DNA from: Chthoniobacteraceae bacterium
GTDB taxonomy: Bacteria; Verrucomicrobiota; Verrucomicrobiia; Chthoniobacterales; Chthoniobacteraceae
Reading direction: 5' to 3'
Assembly (NCBI GenBank): GCA_031409655.1
Contig: JANNXQ010000107.1
Span: forward strand, 1 to 64,000
Length of the DNA: 64,000 nucleotides
Part shown: positions 50,329 to 60,332 of the stretch, piece after piece
How the letters are laid out: each line of letters begins with the position of its first letter
Numbering within the stretch: the stretch's first letter is position 1
Program-made: the position numbers and the translations under genes
Notes under the pieces: generated by a model
The model's database searches: none
Told to the model about the DNA's origin: nothing
What the model saw: only the letters and a program-made list of their open reading frames with translations

Positions 50329-51504
50329 ATGCCCACGAAGCGTCAGCACATCGGTCTCGTCGCCCTCGGAGGTTCCGGCTGGCTCGGCGGCGCCGCCTAC
50401 ATCCGCAATCTCGCGCGCGCCATCCGCATTGCCGATCCCGGAGCCCGCCTCACTTTCCTCTGCGCCGAGTCGCGCACCAAAGAGTGGAGCGACGACGGCA
50501 CCGTCGTCACCGTGCCCATCGACCGCCGCCGCGGCTTGCAACGCCTCCTGCCCAGCGGCTTGCCCAGGCTCCGTGAAATCGTCGCGGATGAGCAGATCGA
50601 ATTTCTCTACCCCATCACCTTCGACAACCGCTCCACGCTCGGCCTCGAACTGCCGGTCGGTCGCCAGCTCGGCTCCTGTCAGTGGGCCGGCTGGATTCCC
50701 GACTTTCAGCACCAGCACCTGCCGGAACTTTTCTCCCAGGCGGAACTCGATTTCCGGCGCAAGAACATCGGCGCCCTCGTCGCCGAGGCCCCGCAACTCG
50801 TCTTCAGCAGCGAAAATGCGCGGGCCGATTTCCGCGCGCTCTATCCAGAGCTTGCCGCAAAGGGGAGCGTTTTGCGCTTTGCGACGGCGCCCGATCCGAA
50901 GTGGTTCGCCCCGCCTGCCGTGCCGAAAGACTTCGACGTTCCCGCGCGATTCTTTCTCATCAGCAACCAATTCTGGACGCACAAAAATCACCTGCTCGTC
51001 TTCGAAGCGCTGCGCTTGCTCGCGGAGCAAGGCGTCCAGCCAATCGTCCTCTGCACCGGAAATATCAACGATCCGCGCGATCCCAACTACGTGGCGAAAA
51101 TCCGCGAGACCCTCGCGAGCTCCGGCCTCACGGAGCGCGTGCAGCTCCTCGGCATCATCCCGCGCGAAGCGCAGATCCATCTCATGCGCCGCGCACTCGC
51201 CGTCATCCAGCCATCGCTCTTTGAAGGTTGGAGCACGGTGGTCGAGGATGCGCGCCTCGTGGGCCGGCCGTGCCTGCTTTCCGATCTCGCCGTGCATCTG
51301 GAGCAGAATCCTCCCGGCGCCCACTACTTCCCGCGTCACTCCGCCGAAGCCCTCGCGACGCTCATCGCCGAGGTCTGGAAAAATGGCGCGCCCGGTCCCG
51401 ACGCCGCCGCCGAGGCCAGCGCCCGCGCCGCTGCCGATACGGCCCTGGCAGATTTTGGCGCGCGCTTCCTCGAGATCGCACGCCACACGATGTCGCCCTC
51501 ATGA
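50329..51504 (+). CDS. GT4 glycosyltransferase
   Basis: WIPDFQH, NQFWTHKNH, PSLFEGWSTVVEDA. Confidence 0.88.
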   Translation: MPTKRQHIGLVALGGSGWLGGAAYIRNLARAIRIADPGARLTFLCAESRTKEWSDDGTVVTVPIDRRRGLQRLLPSGLPRLREIVADEQIEFLYPITFDNRSTLGLELPVGRQLGSCQWAGWIPDFQHQHLPELFSQAELDFRRKNIGALVAEAPQLVFSSENARADFRALYPELAAKGSVLRFATAPDPKWFAPPAVPKDFDVPARFFLISNQFWTHKNHLLVFEALRLLAEQGVQPIVLCTGNINDPRDPNYVAKIRETLASSGLTERVQLLGIIPREAQIHLMRRALAVIQPSLFEGWSTVVEDARLVGRPCLLSDLAVHLEQNPPGAHYFPRHSAEALATLIAEVWKNGAPGPDAAAEASARAAADTALADFGARFLEIARHTMSPS

Positions 51505-52433
51505 AGTCCCCACGGCTCGCCGATCTCCCGCCACCACCGCCCGGAAAAGCCGGCTGGCCATGGACCGAGGAAACGCCCGTCGGCGCGCCGACGTCGTCGC
51601 TTCCCCGGATCTCGCTCGTCACCCCCTCTTTCAATCAAGCGCAGTTCCTTGAGGAAACACTCCGCTCCGCACTGCTTCAGGGCTACCCGGAGATGGAGTT
51701 GCTCGTCGTCGATGGCGGCAGCACCGACGGCTCAGTGGCGCTCATCGAAAGGTATGCGCCGCACCTGACCTGGTGGACGAGCGAGCGCGACAGCGGCCAA
51801 AGCCAGGCGATCAACAAAGGCTTCCGTCGCGCCACCGGCTCCGTGCTGGGCTGGCTGAATTCCGACGACGTGCTTTTCCCCGGCGCCCTGCAAGCCATCG
51901 GCCGCGCTGCCCTCGCGCAGCCCGCCGCCGGCCTCATCTACGGCGCCGGCGCAAAGATCAGCCCGTCAGGCGAAGTGCAAAAAGAGATCCCCTTTCGCCC
52001 GGTAAATCTGCGGCTGCTCCGCACCCAGTTTTATCTTTTGCAGCCTTCCAGTTTCTTCACCCGCGCGGCCCTCGACGCCGTCGGCCTGCTCGATGAAGAC
52101 CAGCACTACGTCATGGACTGGGATCTCGCCTTGCGCATCGCCCGTAAATTTCCCCTCCACGCGATCCCCGAAAAGATCGGGATGTGGCGCGACTATCCGG
52201 AGACGAAAACGCGCAGCTCACCAGAGACGCGCTGGTTTGAGATCGTCCGCACCGCGCAAAAATTCAACGGCGTCTGCGACCGCAACGTCATCGTCTTCTG
52301 GTTGCTCTATCTGCTCGCCCGCGCCCGCCGCGCCACGGGCTGGAGGGCCTTTGCGCACCTTGATCGCACGGCTCGCCGGCTTCTGAGCTGCATCTGGAGT
52401 GAAAACTCGTACATGGCGCATTCCTTCCGATGA
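51501..52433 (+). CDS. GT2 glycosyltransferase
   Basis: GWPWT leader, ISLVTPSFNQ, DGGSTDGS, GQSQAINKG, WLNSDD, MDWDL. Confidence 0.92.
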   Translation: MKSPRLADLPPPPPGKAGWPWTEETPVGAPTSSLPRISLVTPSFNQAQFLEETLRSALLQGYPEMELLVVDGGSTDGSVALIERYAPHLTWWTSERDSGQSQAINKGFRRATGSVLGWLNSDDVLFPGALQAIGRAALAQPAAGLIYGAGAKISPSGEVQKEIPFRPVNLRLLRTQFYLLQPSSFFTRAALDAVGLLDEDQHYVMDWDLALRIARKFPLHAIPEKIGMWRDYPETKTRSSPETRWFEIVRTAQKFNGVCDRNVIVFWLLYLLARARRATGWRAFAHLDRTARRLLSCIWSENSYMAHSFR

Positions 52434-53239
52434 CGAAGTCAGCACAATCCTCCGGCGGGCGTGTTATTCGCGCCCTGGGTGAAGTCGCCGGCAAGCTCTC
52501 CGCGCGCGCCCGCTCGAGCGCCCTCATCACCCGCTTCGGCAGCGCGGCCGAGGCGCTCAGCGCGAAGGATCGCGACCGCCTCTGGCAGATCACGGAAGTC
52601 CTCGATCGCCTCACCCCGCCGTTCCGCACGATCTACGACATCGGCGCCTTCGACGGCGCGTGGTCGGAAGCCTTTGCCATCTACAGCGGCGGCGATGTCT
52701 TTAGTTTCGAGCCGCTGCCGGAGATGGGTCGCGAGGTCGCCGCGCGCGCCGCCCGGCTTCCCCGCATCCATCTGCAACCGATTGCTTGCGGCACGGAAAC
52801 GGCGACTCGCGTGATGCACAAAGACGGGCACAAGACCGCCGCCAGTTCGCTGCTCCCGATGACGGATGTGCATCGCACGGAATTCCCGCTCACCGGAAAA
52901 TCGACCGAAACCTCCGTGCAGATCGCACCCCTCGACACCTGGTGCCGCGAGCACCGTCTGCCCGCACCGGACCTCGTGAAGATCGACGTGCAAGGCTTCG
53001 AACTCGCCGTCCTCGCGGGCGGACGAGAGACCCTCGAGCAGGCTCGCTACCTCTGGATCGAGCTAAACTTCGAAGAGTTCTACGCTGGCGGCAGCACCTT
53101 TGCGAAGAGCTACGCAGCGCTGGAAAAACTCGGCTTCGCGCTCGTCGATCTCGTCGATCCCATCCGCAGCAAAAGCAACGGTCGCCTGCTCTACCTCGAC
53201 GGCGTCTTTCGCAACCTCCGCCCGCCATCGACGCCGTGA
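52430..53239 (+). CDS. FkbM-family methyltransferase
   Basis: YDIGAFDG, FEP, ASSLLPM, LD..DLVKIDVQGFELAVLAGG. Confidence 0.9.
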   Translation: MTKSAQSSGGRVIRALGEVAGKLSARARSSALITRFGSAAEALSAKDRDRLWQITEVLDRLTPPFRTIYDIGAFDGAWSEAFAIYSGGDVFSFEPLPEMGREVAARAARLPRIHLQPIACGTETATRVMHKDGHKTAASSLLPMTDVHRTEFPLTGKSTETSVQIAPLDTWCREHRLPAPDLVKIDVQGFELAVLAGGRETLEQARYLWIELNFEEFYAGGSTFAKSYAALEKLGFALVDLVDPIRSKSNGRLLYLDGVFRNLRPPSTP

Positions 53240-54345
53240 GCGCACCGGCGCGCCAACCGGACGTCGTCTTCGCCTTTCGCGGTGGCCGCAGCCAGACGAT
53301 CGCCGCCGTCGCCGCCGCCACCATGCCGGACGAGTTCCTCTACGGCTTCGGCAAAGTGCGCGAACACTTTCCGACGAGCACGTTCATCGAACCCTCCGCC
53401 CGACGCACCCTGCTCCAACGTGCGCTCCGCCCTTTTGAAATGCTCACCGCCCGGCTCGGCTTCCCGATTTTCGCGGCGCCGACGCTGGAGAATCTCCGCA
53501 CCCTGCGCGCCGCTCGGATGCTCGTGGCAACGACCGACGGAACGGCGATGCCGCTGCTTCTGCTAAAAAAATTCGGCCTCTTGCGGACGCCCGTCATGTT
53601 CATCACTCAAGGCCTGCACAGCATCGGCGAATCGACGCGCGCGCTGCCCTGGTCGCGCGCTCTGCAGCGCGGAATCGGTGCCTGCATCGCTCAAGCCGCC
53701 GCGATCATCACCTTCGGCGATGGCGACACCGCAGCGCTGCGGAAGGCCTTTACTTTCTGCGCGCTGCCGGAGATCGCCACGATCCAGTTTGGCATCGACA
53801 GCGGCTACTGGCAGCCGGCGTCGGCTCCGGTCGAGGATTACGTGCTCAGCGTCGGCAGCGATCAGTTGCGTGATTACCCCACGCTCCTTGCCGCGATTGA
53901 TTCCACACCGCTCCGCCTCGTCACGCGGCTGCCGCTTCCCCCCGAAGCGCGGCGGCCAAACATCATCGTGCAAAGCAAACTCGAGTGGGCCGAACTGCGT
54001 GCGCTCTACCAGCGGGCGCGTTTCGTGGTCACGCCGGTGCAAGATCAGCCGCGCGATTCCGGCCACAGCGCCACGCTCCAGGCGATGGCCTGCGGCAAAG
54101 CCGTGATCATCTCGGACACCGCCGGTCTCTGGGATCGCGCCCACATGCGGCACGGCGAGCACTGCCACCTCGTCCGCCCCGGTGACCCCGCCGCCCTGCG
54201 CGCGGCGATTGCGTTTCTCACTGCCAACCCCCACGAGGCCGAACGCCTCGGCCGCAATGCGCGCCGCCTCGTCGAAGAACGCTACACCAGCGCTGCCTTT
54301 GGCTCGCAACTCTGCTTTCTCATCGAAAGGCATCTCCAGGCATGA
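53236..54345 (+). CDS. GT4 glycosyltransferase
   Basis: FGID..W, SVG...RDY.TL, SGHSATLQAMACGKAVI; GTG in GTGA overlap. Confidence 0.85.
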   Translation: MSAPARQPDVVFAFRGGRSQTIAAVAAATMPDEFLYGFGKVREHFPTSTFIEPSARRTLLQRALRPFEMLTARLGFPIFAAPTLENLRTLRAARMLVATTDGTAMPLLLLKKFGLLRTPVMFITQGLHSIGESTRALPWSRALQRGIGACIAQAAAIITFGDGDTAALRKAFTFCALPEIATIQFGIDSGYWQPASAPVEDYVLSVGSDQLRDYPTLLAAIDSTPLRLVTRLPLPPEARRPNIIVQSKLEWAELRALYQRARFVVTPVQDQPRDSGHSATLQAMACGKAVIISDTAGLWDRAHMRHGEHCHLVRPGDPAALRAAIAFLTANPHEAERLGRNARRLVEERYTSAAFGSQLCFLIERHLQA

Positions 54346-55490
54346 AAATTCTCCTCATCGGCGGCGCGGGTTTCATCGGCACTGCGACGGCGGCGGCCCT
54401 GCTCGGCGCGGGGCACTCCGTGCGCATCGCCGATTCATTCGATCCGCAAATCCATGGCGCGGACTATCACACCTCACCCGCCTACCTGCGGCTCGAGGAG
54501 CACTGCGAAATTCAAGCTGGCGACGTGCGCGACCGCGCGGCGCTGGAGCGCACGCTCGAAGACATCGAGGCGGTGTACTTTTTCGCCGCCGGCACCGGCA
54601 CCGGGCAGTCGATGTATCAGGTCCATCGCTACTGCGATGTGAATGTGCTCGGCACCGCGGTCTTCGCGGAGCTGCTGCCGCAGTTCCGCGATCAGGTGCG
54701 CAAAGTCATCGTGAGTTCGAGCCGCGCGGTCTATGGCGAAGGCGCCTACCGCTGTGCGACGCACGGACGCATCCGCCCCGCCGGACGGACCGCCGAGCGC
54801 TTGCGCGAACGCCGATGGGACGTGCTCTGCCCCCACTGCGCTGCGCCCGCCGAGACCCTCGCCTCCGAGGAAGACGACGCCTGGGCGCCGACCTCCATCT
54901 ACGGCATCACCAAGCTCGCGCAGGAACAAATCCTCCTCCAGACCTGCGCGAACTTCGCCATCCCCGCCGTCCTCTTCCGCTACCAGAATGTGTACGGTCC
55001 CGGCCAGTCGCTGAAGAATCCCTACACCGGCATTCTCGCCATCTTCAGCCAGGTGCTCGCCCGCGGCGAAGAGGTCAACATCTTTGAAGACGGCCTGCCC
55101 ACGCGCGACTTCGTGCAGATCGACGACGTCGTGCATTACAACCTCCGCGCCCTCACCGCGGAGGCCCCGGAGCCGCTCGTGCTGAATGTCGGTTCCGGCG
55201 TGCGCACGACGCTGCTCGAACTGCTCGCCGCTCTCGCCGCCGCGCTCGGCGTGGAGCCGCGCCACCGGATCTCCGGCGACTTCCGGGCCGGCGACATCCG
55301 CCACGCCTGCGCCGATCTCCGCCGGCTCACGGCCACGCTCGGCCCGCGCGAATTCACCACGATTCAGGAAGGGGTCCGTGGCCTTGTCGCTTGGATTCTC
55401 GAGCAGGGGGGTGACGGACTTTCCACCACGGCCTATCGCAGCTCGCTCGATGAAATGCGCCGCGCCGGGATGATGGGCGCGCAGCGATGA
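54342..55490 (+). CDS. NAD-dependent epimerase/dehydratase with Cys/His insert (dTDP-rhamnose 4-epimerase-like)
   Basis: IGGAGFIG, TGTGQSMY, SSRAVYGEG, YGITK, NVYGPGQSLKNPYTG. Confidence 0.88.
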   Translation: MKILLIGGAGFIGTATAAALLGAGHSVRIADSFDPQIHGADYHTSPAYLRLEEHCEIQAGDVRDRAALERTLEDIEAVYFFAAGTGTGQSMYQVHRYCDVNVLGTAVFAELLPQFRDQVRKVIVSSSRAVYGEGAYRCATHGRIRPAGRTAERLRERRWDVLCPHCAAPAETLASEEDDAWAPTSIYGITKLAQEQILLQTCANFAIPAVLFRYQNVYGPGQSLKNPYTGILAIFSQVLARGEEVNIFEDGLPTRDFVQIDDVVHYNLRALTAEAPEPLVLNVGSGVRTTLLELLAALAAALGVEPRHRISGDFRAGDIRHACADLRRLTATLGPREFTTIQEGVRGLVAWILEQGGDGLSTTAYRSSLDEMRRAGMMGAQR

Positions 55491-55695
55491 GCCAGCCGTC
55501 TTCGCTCGGCATTCTCATCAGCGTTTACTTCCCGTCTCGCTGGCTTGCGCAGTTCACCTGGCAATTGCTCGAAGCCTTCTGGCCCGCGCCGCCACCCATC
55601 TCGGCCGCAAGGCGCGCCGCCTCGTCGAAGAGCGCTACCCCAGCGCCGCCTTCGGCTCGCAACTCTGCGCCTTGATCGAACGTCACCTCCTGTGA
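55487..55695 (+). pseudogene. Chimeric remnant: 5' end of a paralog of 55692-56630 joined out of frame to the 3' end of a paralog of 53236-54345
   Basis: GILISVYFPSRWLA..AFWP resembles CILAPVYHPYRWVA..EFWP. 55600-55695 encodes LGRKARRLVEERYPSAAFGSQLCALIERHLL*, matching 54247-54345. Confidence 0.8.
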
Positions 55696-56630
55696 TTCCC
55701 CCAACAGACCAGCAGGCGCCCGCACCGCTTTGCATCCTTGCACCCGTCTATCACCCGTATCGCTGGGTCGCACCGCACCTCGCGCGCTGTCTCGCCGAAT
55801 TCTGGCCGGATCATCCGCCGCTCTTCTTCTGCGGGCTCACCGGGGAAGAAGCGGGCTCGCTACCGGCGCTGCCCGTGAAAAGCGCGCACCTGCCACGCGA
55901 CTGGGCAGCCTTCGTGCGCGACGCGACCGACGAGCTTTCGTCGCGCGGATTCACGAAGTGTTACCTCGTTCTCGAGGAGCATCTCCCGCTCGACCAGTGC
56001 CACAGCGAGCACCTCAATCACACCCTCCCGCGGATCCTCGATGAACTCGACGCCGCCTACATCGGCCTCATGGGCTGGGACAATCGCCGCTACGCCACCC
56101 GCGCCCCGATCCTCGGCGCCGACCGCTTCCACTGCATGCATCTCACGCCGCCGAATGCGCCGCGTTTTCATCTTCATCCCTCGCTCTGGCGCATCGCGGC
56201 GCTGCGCGATTGCCTCGATCTTACTTTGCAGGACGACACCCACACACCGTGGCGTTTTGAAAAAATCACCGAGCGCGCGGACGCGAAGCTGCCGGAGCGT
56301 TGGAAAAAAGGCTGCTACCAGGTCTGTGGACGCGAACTCAGCGCGCGAAAATTCACGGCTTGGGAGACCTTCATCCGCCGCTCGAAGCGCGCGATCTTCC
56401 TCAAACTCATGAGCGTTTTTCCGCTGCTGCCCCAGGGCCTCGGGAAAGCGTACTGGCACGCCGTCGGGTTCGATCGCTTCATTTTCGAAGGGCCTTACCC
56501 GATGTTTTTCTCCGGCGTGATGGCCAAAGGCGGCCTGAACTCTTACTTCGTGGACTACATGAAATCGCAGCCCCAGCACCACGCGCTGATCGACTCGCTC
56601 CTCGCCGCGCGCGCCAGCCACACTCCGTAG
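55692..56630 (+). CDS. Hypothetical glycan-cluster protein, possibly GT-A-like
   Basis: Open 312-aa frame from a GTGA overlap; YLVLEEH (DxD-like position), PSLWR, TPWRFE. Confidence 0.6.
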   Translation: MIPPTDQQAPAPLCILAPVYHPYRWVAPHLARCLAEFWPDHPPLFFCGLTGEEAGSLPALPVKSAHLPRDWAAFVRDATDELSSRGFTKCYLVLEEHLPLDQCHSEHLNHTLPRILDELDAAYIGLMGWDNRRYATRAPILGADRFHCMHLTPPNAPRFHLHPSLWRIAALRDCLDLTLQDDTHTPWRFEKITERADAKLPERWKKGCYQVCGRELSARKFTAWETFIRRSKRAIFLKLMSVFPLLPQGLGKAYWHAVGFDRFIFEGPYPMFFSGVMAKGGLNSYFVDYMKSQPQHHALIDSLLAARASHTP

Positions 56631-56681
56631 CGCCTGATGAAATCCTCGAACTCTCGGCGCCCAGCGCGCCAGCAGCGGAGG

Positions 56682-56800
56682 AGTAGCGCAGGCTTCCAGC
56701 CTGTGGGAGTGCCGCGGGCATCCTTGCCTGCTTTTTGCGTAGCCGAACGAAGCAGGCTGGAAGCCTGCGCCAACCCGACAGGCTGGAAGCCTGCGCTACT
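56682..56800. repeat. GTAG-type REP doublet with nested palindromes
   Basis: Perfect 23-bp IR agtagcgcaggcttccagcctgt / acaggctggaagcctgcgctact, plus inner gcgggcatccttgcctgc and gcaggctggaagcctgc. Confidence 0.88.
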
Positions 56801-56809
56801 CACCTTCCC

Positions 56810-57784
56810 ATGATCGGAAGCGGAATCGTCTGGCAATTCATCAAGTGGCACAAGCTCTCCGGCAACTGGCTGGCGGAGCGGCTCTTTGATCGCCCGCTCC
56901 CTCCGCCCACCGCGCGCGAACTCCAGCTCGCCGCCGAGCTGAAGGAGGAACTGCTGAACGCACCCGCGGCGAACATGCTGCCGAAGTGGGTGACCTTCCG
57001 CGATACGATCCGGCAAAACTTCGAGTCGTATGATCCGCGCACCTTCCTGCGCTGGACGCTGGTCCAGCACACCATGTGCGTCACGAATTCCGGGCAAATG
57101 GTCCGCGAGTGGCCCGCGCTGAGGAGTTCGCGGGACTGGCCACGTTTTGAAAAAGCCGTCCGCGAATCGGATGTCGGCAATCCGATCCGCTTCCTCTACC
57201 ACCCGCAGAGCAGCGGGAATCTCCTGCATCACTGCTACCACGTGATGCGCTTCGAGGAACTGACCGGGCTCAATGTATCGAACCTGGAACTGGTCGTGGA
57301 ATTCGGCGGCGGCTACGGCAGCATGTGCCGCCTCCTGCACAATCTCCGCTTCCGCGGCGCCTACCTCATCTACGACTTGCCCGAGTTTTCCGCGCTCCAG
57401 CGTTACTTCCTGAAGAGCCTCGGCCTGCCCGTCCGTGATCGCGACGACGTGCTATCGACTGATGGCATCTTCCTTTTCTCCGAACTGCCGAAGCTCGAAG
57501 CGACCCTCCAGCGCCTCGGCGCCAGGCAACCATCCGCCTTCATCGCCACGTGGTCCCTCTCCGAGTCGCCGGTCGAGCTGCGCGAAAAATTCCTCCCCCT
57601 CGTGCGCGACTTCGAGGGCTTCCTGATCGCCTTCCAGGACAAATTCGGCCCGGTGGATAACTGCGACTTCTTCCGCAAATTCCGCGAGTCCACCGCCGAG
57701 AAGATCGACTGGACGCCCCGCGCCCTCCGCCACATTCCCAACAACAACTACCTCTTTGGCCGCCAACGATGCGCGAAGCTCTGA
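56810..57784 (+). CDS. Putative sugar O-methyltransferase
   Basis: VGNP, VVEFGGGYGSMCR, YLIYDLPE..LQRYFL, ATWSLSE. Confidence 0.78.
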   Translation: MIGSGIVWQFIKWHKLSGNWLAERLFDRPLPPPTARELQLAAELKEELLNAPAANMLPKWVTFRDTIRQNFESYDPRTFLRWTLVQHTMCVTNSGQMVREWPALRSSRDWPRFEKAVRESDVGNPIRFLYHPQSSGNLLHHCYHVMRFEELTGLNVSNLELVVEFGGGYGSMCRLLHNLRFRGAYLIYDLPEFSALQRYFLKSLGLPVRDRDDVLSTDGIFLFSELPKLEATLQRLGARQPSAFIATWSLSESPVELREKFLPLVRDFEGFLIAFQDKFGPVDNCDFFRKFRESTAEKIDWTPRALRHIPNNNYLFGRQRCAKL

Positions 57785-58560
57785 TCCCGCAGATTCATCC
57801 CGCCTTCTGGCTGAAAACACTCCTGCACCGCGTGATGCCCGGCGGCTTCGGCTACCACCGCAAGCTGCGCACGAAGGTGGATCCCAACTACGTCCACGAG
57901 CGCGACAAACACGCCGTCCGCCACAAGCATCACGGCGCCGGCGGCTGGCAGGAAGCCGACGACACCACCGGCATCCAGCGCCGCGACTACTCGGACTACG
58001 ACGAATACCTCACCCACCAGAAGCTGAAGCTCGATGAGATGCTGAAGACGAAGGGCGGCTTCACGAATGCGGAGATCGTCCACTTCCGGCTGAACTTTTA
58101 CCTCCGCTTCCGTGAGCTCACGCGGCTGCTTCCGCCAGAGGCGAAAATGCTCTGCATGGGCGCGCGGCAGGGCACGGAGGTGGAAGTCTTGCGCGACCTC
58201 GGCTTCGCCCATGCGACCGGCATCGACCTCAACCCAGGCCCCGACAATCCGCTCGTGAAGCCGGGCGATTTCATGCGCCTCGATTTTCCCGATTCGTCGC
58301 TCGATCTGCTCTACACGAATTGCGTCGATCACGCCTTTGACCTCGAGGCGTTCTTCGCCGAACACGCGCGCGCCATGAAGCCCGATGGCTACGTGCTCTA
58401 CGACGTGGGGATCAATATGGAAGAAGGCGGCGGCGCTTTCGAAGCGCTGTCGTGGAAACGCACGGAAGACGTGCTCGAGATCATGCTCCGGCATTTCAAG
58501 CGCATCGTGCGCGTCCAGCGCGAGACGCAGTGGATGTGGATCCTGCTGCAAGGCAAGTAG
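57769..58560 (+). CDS. Class I SAM-dependent methyltransferase-like protein
   Basis: LCMGARQGTEV, GIDL, GDF..LDFPDSSLDLLYTNCVDH, RAMKPDG. Confidence 0.78.
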   Translation: MREALIPQIHPAFWLKTLLHRVMPGGFGYHRKLRTKVDPNYVHERDKHAVRHKHHGAGGWQEADDTTGIQRRDYSDYDEYLTHQKLKLDEMLKTKGGFTNAEIVHFRLNFYLRFRELTRLLPPEAKMLCMGARQGTEVEVLRDLGFAHATGIDLNPGPDNPLVKPGDFMRLDFPDSSLDLLYTNCVDHAFDLEAFFAEHARAMKPDGYVLYDVGINMEEGGGAFEALSWKRTEDVLEIMLRHFKRIVRVQRETQWMWILLQGK

Positions 58561-58563
58561 CCG

Positions 58564-59361
58564 ATGCCGGAGCGCCAGATCGTCGGGATCGTCCTCGCGC
58601 GCAATGAGGACCTGCAGATCCGGCAAGCGGTCGAAAACGTCGCCGCCTTCTGCGACCGGCTGATCCTCTGCGATCACGGCTCCACGGATGGCACCGCGGA
58701 AATCTTTGCGGATCTCACCGCGCGGCATTCGCAGATCGAGGCGCACCGGCTCATCCATTCGCGCGAATCGCACGCTTTGCTCGAAGTCTATGCCGGCTCG
58801 GAGGCCTGGATCTTCGGGGTGGATGGGGATGAAATTTATGATCCCGCCCGCCTCGCTGTTTTGCGCACGCAGCTTCTGGGCGGACGCTACTCCGACTCGT
58901 GGATGATCCTCGGGAACGTGCTCAACTGCGACTTCGTCGATCCGGCGGGCAAGACGGCCGCTGGCTGGCTCGCCCCACCGTGCCGCAGCATCACGAAGCT
59001 GTATAACTTCAGCGTGATCCGCTCGTGGAGCGGAGTAGAGAAAGAGCGCTTGCACGGCGGCTTTATCGATTTTGCTCCCGGCCACCACGCCTCCGACCGC
59101 TTGTATCTGCACGAGAAAACTTCCTGGGAGGAAGCCCCGCTCCGCTGCCTGCACACGTGTTTCGTGCCCCGCAGCAGCCTCGATCAAGGACAACTCACAG
59201 TGCGGGAAAACATCATGGACCAGCACCACTCCGGCCTGCTCGGCACCGCCCGGCGGTGGTGGAAAAACCTCCGCGGCGTTCCGGTCGAGTCCGCCTGGAA
59301 AAAATCGCGCTACATGCGCGGTGAACGCGTGACCATCGACGCGCGCGCCTTCTTCCCGTGA
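58564..59361 (+). CDS. GT2-like glycosyltransferase
   Basis: LARNED, DHGSTDGT, WIFGVDGDEIY, RLHG. Confidence 0.8.
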   Translation: MPERQIVGIVLARNEDLQIRQAVENVAAFCDRLILCDHGSTDGTAEIFADLTARHSQIEAHRLIHSRESHALLEVYAGSEAWIFGVDGDEIYDPARLAVLRTQLLGGRYSDSWMILGNVLNCDFVDPAGKTAAGWLAPPCRSITKLYNFSVIRSWSGVEKERLHGGFIDFAPGHHASDRLYLHEKTSWEEAPLRCLHTCFVPRSSLDQGQLTVRENIMDQHHSGLLGTARRWWKNLRGVPVESAWKKSRYMRGERVTIDARAFFP

Positions 59362-60332
59362 AGCTCTTCCGTCGCCCGGAACCCGTGGCGAGGGTCGCCT
59401 TTAACACGCGTCCACTCGCCGGACCCTACGGCGGCGCGAACCAATGGGTGACGCAGCTCACGCGTTACCTTGAGCAATGCGGCTACGAAGTCCGTTACGA
59501 CCTGCGGAAGCCGGTCGATTGTCTCATGCTCACCCATCAAGGCACGAGCGGGCGGCTGCTCTTCAGCGCCGCGGAAATCCAGGACTACCGCAGCAAGCAT
59601 CCGCGCGGGCGCGTGATTCAGCGGATCAACGACAACGACCGGCGCAAAGGCACGGACGAAATGAATCACCTGCTCGCCGAGACGAACGCCGTGACCGATC
59701 ACACCGTCTTCGTCTCCGAATGGTTGCGCGAGCATCACGCGGGGCTCTGGTTTGACGGCAAGAAACCCAGCTCCGTGATCCTAAACGGCGCGGACCCCGC
59801 CACCTTTCACCCCATCGGCGGGAGCGCCTACGATGGACGCGGGCCGCTCCGGCTGGTCACGCATCACTGGTCGGATAACTGGAACAAGGGCTTCAAAGTG
59901 TACGCCGAGATCGACGCGATGATCGCCGACGGACGCCTGCCGAATACCGCGCTGCGGGTCATCGGTCGCTGGCCGGCCGAGATTCGGTGGCGCGCGGCGG
60001 AGACCTTTGGCCCGCACTCGGGCCGTCCGCTCGCCCGACTGCTGCGGGAGTGCCACGTCCTCGTCAGCGCGTCGCTCTGGGAGCCAGGAGCCATGCATCC
60101 CGTCGAGGGCATCCAGTGCGGCTTACCGCTGCTCTATCATGCAGACAGCGGTGGCACCGTGGAGCTCGGGCAAAAGTTTGGCGTCAGCTTCCGCGACGAC
60201 CTTGCCGGGGCGATCGAGCAAGTCCGCCAGCGCTATCCGGAACTCCGCGCCCGTGCCGTGTCCGAGCCACCCTCCGGCGACCTCATGTGCCTGGAATACC
60301 GGCGGCTGATCCAGCGTTGCATCGCCTTGTGA
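59358..60332 (+). CDS. GT4-like glycosyltransferase
   Basis: GPYGGANQW, VFVSEW, ILNGAD, HHWSDNWNKG, SLWEPGAMHPVEGIQCGLP. Confidence 0.8.
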   Translation: MKLFRRPEPVARVAFNTRPLAGPYGGANQWVTQLTRYLEQCGYEVRYDLRKPVDCLMLTHQGTSGRLLFSAAEIQDYRSKHPRGRVIQRINDNDRRKGTDEMNHLLAETNAVTDHTVFVSEWLREHHAGLWFDGKKPSSVILNGADPATFHPIGGSAYDGRGPLRLVTHHWSDNWNKGFKVYAEIDAMIADGRLPNTALRVIGRWPAEIRWRAAETFGPHSGRPLARLLRECHVLVSASLWEPGAMHPVEGIQCGLPLLYHADSGGTVELGQKFGVSFRDDLAGAIEQVRQRYPELRARAVSEPPSGDLMCLEYRRLIQRCIAL

